In this document: positions 9,964-18,408 of the stretch, in pieces | How positions within the stretch are numbered: the stretch's first letter is position 1 | Layout of the letters: each line of letters opens with the position of its first letter | Assembly (NCBI GenBank): GCA_051880095.1 | Contig: JBJENH010000106.1 | Coordinates: forward strand, 85,760-149,759 | Source: Bariatricus sp. | GTDB lineage: Bacteria > Bacillota > Clostridia > Lachnospirales > Lachnospiraceae | Direction of reading: 5' to 3' | Length of the DNA stretch: 64,000 nucleotides | Position numbers and translations under genes: made by a program | The notes under the pieces: generated by a model | What the model was told of the DNA's origin: nothing | Databases searched by the model: none | The model's input: only the letters and a program-made list of their open reading frames with translations

Positions 9964-11310
9964 TCAATTTTCATTTTCTGACTGAATAATATTAAGTGTT
10001 TGGCGATATTCTTCGGCAATCGGAATCTTTGTAAATACAACAGTATTATTAAAATTCTCTATAACGACCTTTTCGATTTCATCAAGGCTTACATGGAAAA
10101 ATTCTTTCTTTAAATTAACACGGTTTACACTATTTTTTTCGAAATGCTTATGCAAGGTGTTTTCGAGCTCTGGAGCATTATCAGAAAAGATCATTGCATG
10201 TACATCAAATTCAAATGGGACAGATGCGCTGCTTAGTTCCTTAATCCTATCCATTGGTTCCAAACGTCGTGTCATACCGATTTTATATATATCTTCGCCG
10301 AATGATCCAATGTTCGAAATAACATAAACATATCCTGCGCGCGCATTTGCTTCTCGTTCCAAAACAGAATTCTTTTCCTCTTCGAGCTGTTTTAATTTAT
10401 CTTCCAACTCTTTGATTTTATCGACATATAATTGCTTCTCCACATCACTGGAAGTTTTTTGCATATATGAAAGAAGTTTTTTTACTTCGTTATTGCATTG
10501 AGCCTGATCCTTTTCGATTTTTGCTTTCTGACGTTCAATTTCACGACGAACCTTTTCTTCTTCTAACATCTGCTCTTTAATCGCCTTTTGCTGCTCACGC
10601 TCTTGCTCCTTTTTGAGCTCATAGGTATAAACCAGATTTAGTTCTTCGAGCTTCATTTCCAACATTTTGCTATTAAACGCAACGCCATCAATGGAGAAGA
10701 TTTTATTTAATGATTCGAAGGATTTAGATACTTTATTTCGAACAGCATCTATGTTTTTGTGTGTTAACCCAAGAAGCAAATTATCGCATTCAGCATTGAA
10801 GCAACGTAAAATTTGTTTCTTGTTATCAGAAATCTCTTTCTTAGAACCAGCGGAAGTAACGATAAATGCAGCATCGGATTTAACAAAATCTTGTTCTTTG
10901 TTTTTTAGTAACGACAATTTGTTTTTGCATTCCTCGGAAGATAAACCATCATAATCTGAAAAGTTGAAATGATCTACTAGGATATTTGATTCCAAGGTTT
11001 TTAATTCGGATTTCAATGAATTTACTTCAGATTTTAAGGATTTAAGTTTGCGGTTGTATTCAGTTTCTAATGAAGATTTTTTGTTTTGATATTCGGTATC
11101 AAGGTTTTGTAGCATAGAAGAAGCCTGATCTTCCTCTCCATACAAATCAAGCAACTTTTTGTTCTCTTTGTTTTGCAAAACTATACAAACTATCCCGAAA
11201 ATCGGAAAGACAAAAAGAAATGGAAGTGCAAATGCTATAATCGTTGGAGTAAAGAGAATAGCAATAACCCAGGTTTTTAAATACCATTTTGAGTGTTCTT
11301 TTGAAATCAT
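9964..11310 (-). CDS. DUF4041 / T5orf172 (GIY-YIG-like) domain protein with N-terminal TM segment
   Basis: GYVYVISNIGSFGEDIYKIGMTRR, ASVPFEFDVHA, KEFF motifs; coiled coil; hydrophobic N-terminus. Confidence 0.8.
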   Translation of the reverse strand: MISKEHSKWYLKTWVIAILFTPTIIAFALPFLFVFPIFGIVCIVLQNKENKKLLDLYGEEDQASSMLQNLDTEYQNKKSSLETEYNRKLKSLKSEVNSLKSELKTLESNILVDHFNFSDYDGLSSEECKNKLSLLKNKEQDFVKSDAAFIVTSAGSKKEISDNKKQILRCFNAECDNLLLGLTHKNIDAVRNKVSKSFESLNKIFSIDGVAFNSKMLEMKLEELNLVYTYELKKEQEREQQKAIKEQMLEEEKVRREIERQKAKIEKDQAQCNNEVKKLLSYMQKTSSDVEKQLYVDKIKELEDKLKQLEEEKNSVLEREANARAGYVYVISNIGSFGEDIYKIGMTRRLEPMDRIKELSSASVPFEFDVHAMIFSDNAPELENTLHKHFEKNSVNRVNLKKEFFHVSLDEIEKVVIENFNNTVVFTKIPIAEEYRQTLNIIQSENEN

Positions 11311-11470
11311 AATAATCTCTCCTTATTACTAAACATAAATTATACAATTGCCGGGTACGATATTTCTGAATCGTAAATGATCATTACAATTAAGCGCACA
11401 TTAAGTTTTGTAACTTTTCATTCGTTTACCTCTTCTTTCCACCTTACATTATATATAATCGCTGTGGCGG

Positions 11471-11938
11471 TTATACCATTTTGAAAATTGCTAGATTTGG
11501 AATAAATATGATGCAGTAATCTCCGACATTAACACTTACTCCATACTTGTCTCGGTAACAGTCTATGCATTCCTGTAGATATTCTTCCGTGACATCGAGA
11601 TATTCTGCGATTTCATATCGGCTCTGGCATCCGTATTCGTATGCTTCAATAAGTTTCATAAGACCAACGAGACGTTTGTACCCGTGGAGCCTTGCCTGTC
11701 GTTCTTGTTTACGATTCTGGATGTCCGACATATCTATTATATTTCCAACAGAAGTATAATGGTGCCCCAGTTCTTCGGCGAGTACACAGACCTTTTCCGA
11801 TGATGTATCGACAGAAGTATTAATAGCAATATTCCCGTCAATATAAAAACCTTTCAGATTTTCTTCGCCAAGATAGTACTTGTAAATTTTTACATTATTG
11901 TCATAAGCTTCTTGTTCTAAAATTTCTAGATTATTCAT
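11471..11938 (-). CDS. ImmA/IrrE-family metallopeptidase (anti-repressor)
   Basis: LAEELGHHYT motif, KQERQA; adjacent to the repressor. Confidence 0.85.
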   Translation of the reverse strand: MNNLEILEQEAYDNNVKIYKYYLGEENLKGFYIDGNIAINTSVDTSSEKVCVLAEELGHHYTSVGNIIDMSDIQNRKQERQARLHGYKRLVGLMKLIEAYEYGCQSRYEIAEYLDVTEEYLQECIDCYRDKYGVSVNVGDYCIIFIPNLAIFKMV

Positions 11939-11989
11939 AATAGTCCCTCCCAGTATTACTATAATGGAATAGATGTCCGATATGTGAGA

Positions 11990-12316
11990 CTACTTGCTAT
12001 CCTCCTGTTTTACAAATTTTGCAAATGATTCTATGCGACTCCATTGCTCTTCAGTAAAGTCTTTTCCATCAAGGTGCGCTGCCATTGTGATGGGAACATC
12101 ATTAATATGAACGATTTCTCCGTCTACAAGCTTCTCTGTGTCCAGTTTTAATTCGCGCGTGATTTTTAACACATTTAAAATATTAGAGTTGGCAATCCCT
12201 CTTTTTAGGATACTGTCCAATGTAGTCCACGGCATATTTATTGTTTCACAAAACTTTTTCATACTTCCGTATTCATTTATAATAAGAGCTTTTAAGTTGG
12301 ACTCCAGTTCATTCAT
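11990..12316 (-). CDS. XRE-family phage repressor (CI/ImmR-like)
   Basis: HTH SMKKFCETINMPWTTLDSILKRG; divergent from cro; SD GGAGA before ATG 12316. Confidence 0.8.
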   Translation of the reverse strand: MNELESNLKALIINEYGSMKKFCETINMPWTTLDSILKRGIANSNILNVLKITRELKLDTEKLVDGEIVHINDVPITMAAHLDGKDFTEEQWSRIESFAKFVKQEDSK

Positions 12317-12428
12317 ACTGCAAGTTCTCCTTTCATTACTATGATTAGATAATACCACCGAAATCTCGAAAAATCAATATAAATGTTAATTGAATACGAT
12401 AAAAATATCTAAAATTCGAGAATATGTA

Positions 12429-12481
12429 TTGACAATCACGAATATTCGTGTATACTAAAACCGTAATCACGAAAAATCGAG
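12429..12481 (+). promoter_or_regulatory. Lytic promoter with operators
   Basis: TTGACA(12429)-16-TATACT(12451) with the palindrome CACGAATATTCGTG in the spacer; related site CACGAAAAATCGAG at 12468-12481. Confidence 0.75.
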
Positions 12482-12496
12482 AAAGGAAGTGATAGG

Positions 12497-12697
12497 GTGT
12501 TCCCGAATTTAGAAGCAGAGATGGCGAGAAACAAAATAACGCAGGCAAAGTTAGCTGGTATCCTCGGAATTACTCCAACTACATTATCATTCAAATTGAA
12601 CGGGAAGAGTAATTTGTCATTAAAGGAATGTGTTGAAATTAAGCGAAACGCATTTCCAGATAAAACATTGGATTATTTGTTTGCAACAGATGAATAA
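12497..12697 (+). CDS. Cro-like HTH protein
   Basis: MFPNLEAEMAR..ITQAKLAGILGITPTTLSFKLNG; GTG start after GAAAGGAAG. Confidence 0.85.
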   Translation: MFPNLEAEMARNKITQAKLAGILGITPTTLSFKLNGKSNLSLKECVEIKRNAFPDKTLDYLFATDE

Positions 12698-12719
12698 AGA
12701 AAGCGAGGTGACATGGATC

Positions 12720-12953
12720 ATGAACATTCAAGAAGCGGTACGACTGGCTATCGAAAGCGATGGATACATAGCCAGACAAGAATACGAAGATGGAAAAGCA
12801 TTCCACAGAACGAGAATTAAGCCTACAAACAGCTATGCGACATGTATTATTTTCACGTTCGATCAGGAAGGAAAAAGGATCACCCACTGTAAGAACTGGA
12901 ATCCTACAGCAGATGATCTGATGGCGGAAGACTGGGAAGTGTTTAAGGAATAA
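12720..12953 (+). CDS. Tad2-like (DUF2829 superfamily) putative anti-defence protein
   Basis: MNIQEA..A....I.R N-terminus and C-terminal WNPTADDLMAEDW motif; SD GAGGTG. Confidence 0.6.
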   Translation: MNIQEAVRLAIESDGYIARQEYEDGKAFHRTRIKPTNSYATCIIFTFDQEGKRITHCKNWNPTADDLMAEDWEVFKE

Positions 12954-13269
12954 ATTTTGAAATAAAGTCTGCGATAGACAATAAAGTTTCTTTCGGAAGC
13001 TCTTCTAATGTGGCTATTGCGTAATCGGAAAGATGGCAGATATAAACTGTATCATCGGCATACGTATTATCCAGATATCCGCAACGACCGAGCTCACGCA
13101 ACGAGTCTTCTACATCTTCCAGTAAACTATCGGGAAAGAAATTTTCATGAATAAATTCTGCAGACACAAAGTTTTTAGAATTCGATTTTGAGAATCCATG
13201 TTTTCGTCTATCGCAATATTCTTTGTACAAAATATACAGTGTTTTTTTCGAATCTTTTGTTAAGGTCAT
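12943..13269 (-). CDS. Hypothetical protein with its own promoter, antisense within the early operon
   Basis: 108-aa ORF; SD GAAAGGAG; promoter TTGCCT-17-TATAAT at 13350-13322. Confidence 0.75.
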   Translation of the reverse strand: MTLTKDSKKTLYILYKEYCDRRKHGFSKSNSKNFVSAEFIHENFFPDSLLEDVEDSLRELGRCGYLDNTYADDTVYICHLSDYAIATLEELPKETLLSIADFISKFIP

Positions 13270-13376
13270 TCAATGCTTACTCCTTTCTTACGTACTCAGC
13301 TCTGACGGAAGCCTGTATGTAAATTATAGGAGAACATGAAACAAAAGGCAATAGATAGAAAGCGAGGTGAATCGCA

Positions 13377-13595
13377 TTGAAAGAAGTATACCTTACAGCA
13401 GGAGAAGCATCGAAAGGGATCGGAGTTCCAGCGAAAACAATAATCTTCATGGCGCAGAAAGGCCTTACTAAGGCGGTGGATGTCATTCCTCCGGGTAAAG
13501 GTGGACGCCAGAGAAGATACATCATTAAAACAAGGAAGTTCTGCGAGGAGCTCGGAATTCCGTTTACACCAGATAAGGAGGGATCTAGATGTTAG
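13377..13595 (+). CDS. Small DNA-binding protein, possible excisionase
   Basis: YLTAGEASKGIGV...RYII pattern of MerR/Xis-like wHTH; SD GAGGTG with TTG start. Confidence 0.5.
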   Translation: MKEVYLTAGEASKGIGVPAKTIIFMAQKGLTKAVDVIPPGKGGRQRRYIIKTRKFCEELGIPFTPDKEGSRC

Positions 13596-13867
13596 GAATA
13601 AATGATAAGGCGGACATCATTATGAAACAGATCAGCGAATCAACCGGAATATGCTCCTGGGGAGAACAGCTTGAAAAGAAGATGCGGGAAGGGATCGAAA
13701 AAGGACTGGAAGAATTCGAAGAGATGGAACCAACCAGAACCTTCCCGCAGATCCAGGGAATCGTGGAAGCGGCAAAAGCAGGAATCCCGGTACAGGTTGG
13801 GTATGCAGAAACGGAAGATATCGGGAGTGAGACAGTAGATGGATATGTAAGGAGGATGTGCTGGTGA
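13589..13867 (+). CDS. Phage hypothetical protein
   Basis: 92-aa ORF in the early operon with SD. Confidence 0.6.
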   Translation: MLGINDKADIIMKQISESTGICSWGEQLEKKMREGIEKGLEEFEEMEPTRTFPQIQGIVEAAKAGIPVQVGYAETEDIGSETVDGYVRRMCW

Positions 13868-14064
13868 AAAAGATAGGAACCGTATTGGCAGCAGTGGGTT
13901 TTATGATGCTGGCGGCAGCAGTCAATACATACAGTGCCGGAGAAATGAATACCATGCAGTTTGTTCTGCAGATGATCGCATCAATAGAAGCATTAATAGC
14001 AAGCTATATATTAGGAGGGACACCGGATGGGAAGAGTGGCAGAAAGCCTGATAGAAGAGATTGA
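13858..14064 (+). CDS. Small membrane hypothetical protein
   Basis: Two hydrophobic segments; SD GGAGG. Confidence 0.45.
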   Translation: MLVKKIGTVLAAVGFMMLAAAVNTYSAGEMNTMQFVLQMIASIEALIASYILGGTPDGKSGRKPDRRD

Positions 14065-14200
14065 AACGGTAGCCAGACTGTCAAATGAAGAACCGGCAGA
14101 CGTGCATAAGGAATGGAAAGCTGCAGAAAAGGAAGGAATGAGCTTCAACTCATTTGTAGTCGGAAAATCCCGGAAGCGGGCGAAAGGAAGAGGAATATGA
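14027..14200 (+). CDS. 57-aa hypothetical protein MGRVAESLIEE... (not in track)
   Basis: SD AGGAGG at 14013-14018; stop overlaps the next ATG (ATGA). Confidence 0.55.
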   Translation: MGRVAESLIEEIETVARLSNEEPADVHKEWKAAEKEGMSFNSFVVGKSRKRAKGRGI

Positions 14201-14439
14201 GGGAAAGACATACAGTGCGCGTCACAGTGGAGCTGACGGAAGCGCAAATGAAAGAAATCAAAGAAATCACGAAAATGAAAAATACGATCGCAGATCAAGA
14301 GAAGAGTGTATTGCACTATAACACGGAAGACGAAGTGATAGGAAGTATCCTGACAGGGTATTTCCTTGCGGGACCGTATCTGGACGATGCGATTAAAAGA
14401 GAAAAGGAATATTTACAAAAAAAGAACGCCTGCAACTGA
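14197..14439 (+). CDS. Phage hypothetical protein
   Basis: Coupled by ATGA overlap; MRERHTVRV start. Confidence 0.55.
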   Translation: MRERHTVRVTVELTEAQMKEIKEITKMKNTIADQEKSVLHYNTEDEVIGSILTGYFLAGPYLDDAIKREKEYLQKKNACN

Positions 14440-14519
14440 ACATTGCAAGCGCCGTTACCGCTATGGTACACGAAATATCTCGACAATATGAGTGTACCAT
14501 AAGCGGGGCGGAAAGTCAA
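14417..14519 (-). ncRNA. Promoter plus ~70-nt antisense RNA upstream of rep
   Basis: TTGACT(14519-14514)-17-TGgTACACT(14496-14491); 10-bp terminator GCGCTTGCAA/TTGCAGGCGT followed by TCTTTTTTT. Confidence 0.6.
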
Positions 14520-14586
14520 GGAATACGGGATTTCCGGCCCGTTTTTATATCTTGATAAGACTATTAAAGTTAGGCAGGGTACACCA

Positions 14587-15486
14587 TTGAGAACGAAAAG
14601 AGTAACGTATGAATTTGACAATATGATAGAACGGGAAGAATACCTCGATGGAAGGTATGGAGCCCCAGGAGAGAAGCGGGCAGAAAAGAAGAAACCGACT
14701 CCCGAACAGGTGGCACAGGTCAATCAGTGGAACAAGGAGCGAAAAGCCAGACACCGGTTGCTGAAGTATTTCGGGAAGAACGACTACTTTATCACACTGA
14801 CCTATCCCAAAGAAGCAAGACCTCCGAACATGGAGGAAGCAAAGAAGGATTTCCGAAGATTTTATCAATATGTGAAGAAAGAATACACCAAACGGAACGA
14901 AGAGCTCCGATGGATCCGAAATATCGAATGTACATCAACGGGAAACTGGCATATTCATGTTGTGCTGAACCGGATCCCGGATACGGACATTATCACATCG
15001 AAGGCGTGGAAGCAGGGAAGAGTAAAGAATACTCAGCTCCTATACGAGAAAGGCGAGTTCAAGAAACTGGCACAGTACATCACCAAGGACGAAAAGACGC
15101 AGGCGAAATACGTGGAAGAAGGAGTCCTGGATCATAAGATTAGCGAGGCGGACTATTCCACATCAAGGAATATGCCTCTCCCGGAGCCGAAGGTAGACCA
15201 TCTGGAAAGATGGCCAAAGGAACCAAGGGCAAAGAAAGGCTGGTACATAGAGAAAGGATCCTGCTATGAGGGAACCAACAAGGCAACCGGATTCCCATAC
15301 CGGCGGTATACAATGATCCGGTTGGAAAGGAGGGAGAGTCATGAAGGTGGAGATCTACACCGAAACAAGCACCGCACTGACAACGGCCAAGAACGGAAAG
15401 TACATCGCACTCATCGTCGTACCGACAAGCAAAGGACCAGCGACAAAAGCAGTCCTGGGCGAAGAAAAAGACACGACAGCAAATAG
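14587..15486 (+). CDS. HUH-family rolling-circle replication-associated protein
   Basis: FITLTY motif 1, WHIHVV HUH motif, LAQYITK catalytic Tyr motif. Confidence 0.75.
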   Translation: MRTKRVTYEFDNMIEREEYLDGRYGAPGEKRAEKKKPTPEQVAQVNQWNKERKARHRLLKYFGKNDYFITLTYPKEARPPNMEEAKKDFRRFYQYVKKEYTKRNEELRWIRNIECTSTGNWHIHVVLNRIPDTDIITSKAWKQGRVKNTQLLYEKGEFKKLAQYITKDEKTQAKYVEEGVLDHKISEADYSTSRNMPLPEPKVDHLERWPKEPRAKKGWYIEKGSCYEGTNKATGFPYRRYTMIRLERRESHEGGDLHRNKHRTDNGQERKVHRTHRRTDKQRTSDKSSPGRRKRHDSK

Positions 15487-15763
15487 AATGGCGCTCCTGG
15501 CCATTCTGAACGGACTGGAAGAGCTGACGATGAAATGCGAAGTTACAGTATATACTCCGAATTCCTTTGTTTACAACATGATCCGGCAGGGAAATGTCGA
15601 AAAGTGGAAACGGGAGGAGTGGAGGCGGCCCCAGAACAAGGAACTGAAGAATAAGGAGCTCTGGAAACGGTTGGATGAAGATTTACAGAAGCAGGATGTA
15701 ACCGTAGTACATACAAGGGAAAACAAATACACGAAGCAAATGAAAAAGTGGTTGGAGGGATAA
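15341..15763 (+). CDS. RNase H-like protein
   Basis: KVEIYT..S, TANRMALLAILNGL, TPNSFV, GNVEKW, KNKELWKRL; acidic catalytic residues look partly degenerate. Confidence 0.7.
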   Translation: MKVEIYTETSTALTTAKNGKYIALIVVPTSKGPATKAVLGEEKDTTANRMALLAILNGLEELTMKCEVTVYTPNSFVYNMIRQGNVEKWKREEWRRPQNKELKNKELWKRLDEDLQKQDVTVVHTRENKYTKQMKKWLEG

Positions 15764-15766
15764 TGG

Positions 15767-16252
15767 ATGTTTGAAAAATTTGGAGAAATGGATTCTTATA
15801 TAGAGATCAACGAACTGGCTGAAAATCTGTTTAACGAAGGAGATTTTGCAAGCCTCAGAGAAATGGCAAAAGAGAACGGGATTACGGAAGATGCAGTGGA
15901 ACTCTATATTGCTGCAGAAATCCCGGAGCTGTGCGACGCCATGGAGGCAGCGATCGGAAAAATCGAGATGGAAGAAAAGGAGTTAAAGCCCAAAGAGATC
16001 ATGAAAGACTGGGCAGAATACCTAAAATGCCAGTGCATGGAGAATAAGGTCCTGTGTCATCAGGTCCGAAAGAAAGGGAAGAGCCTGAAAGGATGCATTG
16101 CAGTGCTCCTGGCGTGGTCGTTCAAGAATCAGCAGACGATTGATAAGGACATTATTAAGGCAGCAGGCGTATCTGCAGGAAGAGTCACGCTGGGGATTCC
16201 GGGAATGGGAAGGGCAAAACGAATCATCACGGACTATTATATGGGAAAGTAG
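15767..16252 (+). CDS. PcfK-like / AcrIIA9-family-like protein
   Basis: VRKKGKSLKGCI motif and position directly upstream of a PcfJ-like gene. Confidence 0.5.
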   Translation: MFEKFGEMDSYIEINELAENLFNEGDFASLREMAKENGITEDAVELYIAAEIPELCDAMEAAIGKIEMEEKELKPKEIMKDWAEYLKCQCMENKVLCHQVRKKGKSLKGCIAVLLAWSFKNQQTIDKDIIKAAGVSAGRVTLGIPGMGRAKRIITDYYMGK

Positions 16253-16262
16253 GCGGAAAAGC

Positions 16263-18393
16263 ATGAAAAAGAAAGCCATTGAAAAAATACCATATTTGAC
16301 GTTGCAGAAAACAAGCAGAAAAAAAGATGTGAAATATATCGGTGTGACGGCCATAAAGATAGTAGACCACGAAAAACATCTATTCGTGGAAATATACAGG
16401 AATAGCAAGGATGCAAAAGAGATCCCGCTGGTACGGATCGTGCTCACAAAAAAAAGATTTTGGAACTTTTTTCCCGGAGTCGGGAGAATGGTCAAGAAAA
16501 AGGATCACGGAAGAATACTATAGGAACTGTCCGGTATGGTATCAGAATGGTGAGAATGGAAGAGAAACATGGGATGAGATGGAGAAAAAGAACATTCTCC
16601 AGAGTGATGAAGATATTGAACGGATAAAAAAATACTGCGGAACAACGATTTGGAATGAGAAACGATGGTGGGAATACATAGAAAGGTTCCAGAGCAATAT
16701 CGCTACAGACGCGAGAAACAAAGCAAGGGAGAGAAAATATCAGAAACGGCAGCAGGAATTGAAGGACCGGATAGAACACACGGAACCACTTCCGGAAAAG
16801 AAAATTCTGGAAATAGCAGACAGAAGATACTTTTTGGAATCCCATTACTTGTATTACAAGAAGCACGGGTGCTGGGCCGCAATTGCATGCAGCAAATGCG
16901 GAGGTGTGACTGACGCCAGGTGGAAAGCGGGAATATCTTATGAGAGCGAGTTCCAGAGGTGGACAGAAGAGCCAAGAGAGGGACATTTTGGGACGTGCCC
17001 CTTGTGCGGAGCGCGAGGAGAGTACAAGTGTCAAGGAAAAGTCAAAGGATCACACAGTAAGACGGTTCATCTGTTTCTAGGGCAAAAATATAAAGATCAT
17101 GGAATGGTAATGCGATATGTTGAAATCAGCAAAACATGGAGACTGGAACTGATTTGCGGAGAGGAAGGCCCGGAGATGTTCAATGCTAGCGAGGAATTAT
17201 CCGGAGTCGAAATTGCAAGAGCCTATTTTGAACCGGGAAAGAAAAATCAGATTGATTATCACAAACACAATTATTATAGCGGAGAGGATTTTTGGGATGA
17301 CTGCAACCTATGCGGATTGGCCAACATAACGATAAAAAGTGCTCCGATCTTGGCGGAAACATACGAGGAAATGAAGGGAACGATGTTCCAGTACAGTGCA
17401 CTTCAGGAGTATGTAAAAGAGGTAGGAGAAGTAAACCCGATCGATTACTTCGAGCGATATCAGCAGACACCGCAGATAGAAATGCTTGTCAAATTGGGAT
17501 TAATTGGTATTGTAGGGGAACTTGTCAAATGCCGTTATGGCATTGTGGCTTGTGAGACTGCAAAAAGCCCGGACCAGTTCTTGGGAATCCGGAAAGAAAG
17601 AGTAAAACAGTTGATTGCAATGAGAGGGGATGTGGATCTGCTGGAAACAATGAAGATGGAGTGCCGCATGAATCAAGTATGGACGGATGAGCAGATACAA
17701 GATGTAGCAGAGACAAGACTCCGAAGAGGGCAGATCGAAATGGCAACCGAATATATGACTCTGCAGAAATTGTTAAACCGGATAAAGAAATACGCAGGAT
17801 GCGAATACGGTACCGGATGTACTTCGGTAACTGAGAGAATCCGACAGACCGCCGTACTCTATGTAGACTATTTAAATATGAGAAAGGATTTGGGGTACGA
17901 TCTCAGAAACACGGTATACCAGCAGCCACGAAGCCTGAGGGATGCGCACGGGAAAATGGTTATGGAGAGCAGCAAAGGTGAGATGGACAAACGCCTGCAG
18001 GAAGTTAAAGCCAAGTTTCAGAATATCCGCAGGAACTATAGACGATTTAGAAAACAATATTTCTACGAGGATGATAGATATCTCATCAGACCGGCCAGAT
18101 CAGCAGAGGAAATCGTCATGGAGGGGAGAATCTTACACCATTGTGTGGGAGGAGATGGCTACCTGAAAAAGCACAACGAAGGGAAGACATACATTCTGAT
18201 GCTGAGAGATAAGAGAGACAAGGAAGTGCCTTTCATCACGGTAGAGATTGATGGGGAACGAAATCGAATCATTCAGTGGTACGGATCACACGACAAAAAG
18301 CCAGACTCTAAAAACATGCAGAAGTGGCTGGACGAGTATGTGATGAGATTAAACAGCGAAGCCGTGGAGGAGCAGAAGATAGCAATAGCATAA
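16263..18393 (+). pseudogene. PcfJ-like protein split by a +1 frameshift in an A8 tract (16448-16455)
   Basis: 5' part MKKKAIEK (16263) and 3' part (track 16411-18393) join if the run is A7 (L-T-K-K-D-F-G); C-terminal PARSAEEIVMEGRILHHCVG..Y..K PcfJ motif. Confidence 0.75.
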
Positions 18394-18408
18394 GTGAGGA
18401 GGTAAGAG

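Noticed and set aside
11401-11421. Minus-strand micro-ORF MKSYKT with SD GAGGT
   Set aside because: Six codons only; could be the stump of a deleted gene, but nothing further supports it
15341-15486. Rep C-terminal extension overlapping RNase H by 146 nt
   Set aside because: Low-complexity shadow-like sequence; more likely a lost stop codon than a dual-coding region
15930-15938. Half-site TGTGCGACG of the 16-bp palindrome
   Set aside because: Inside coding sequence and only 9 bp; compatible with chance
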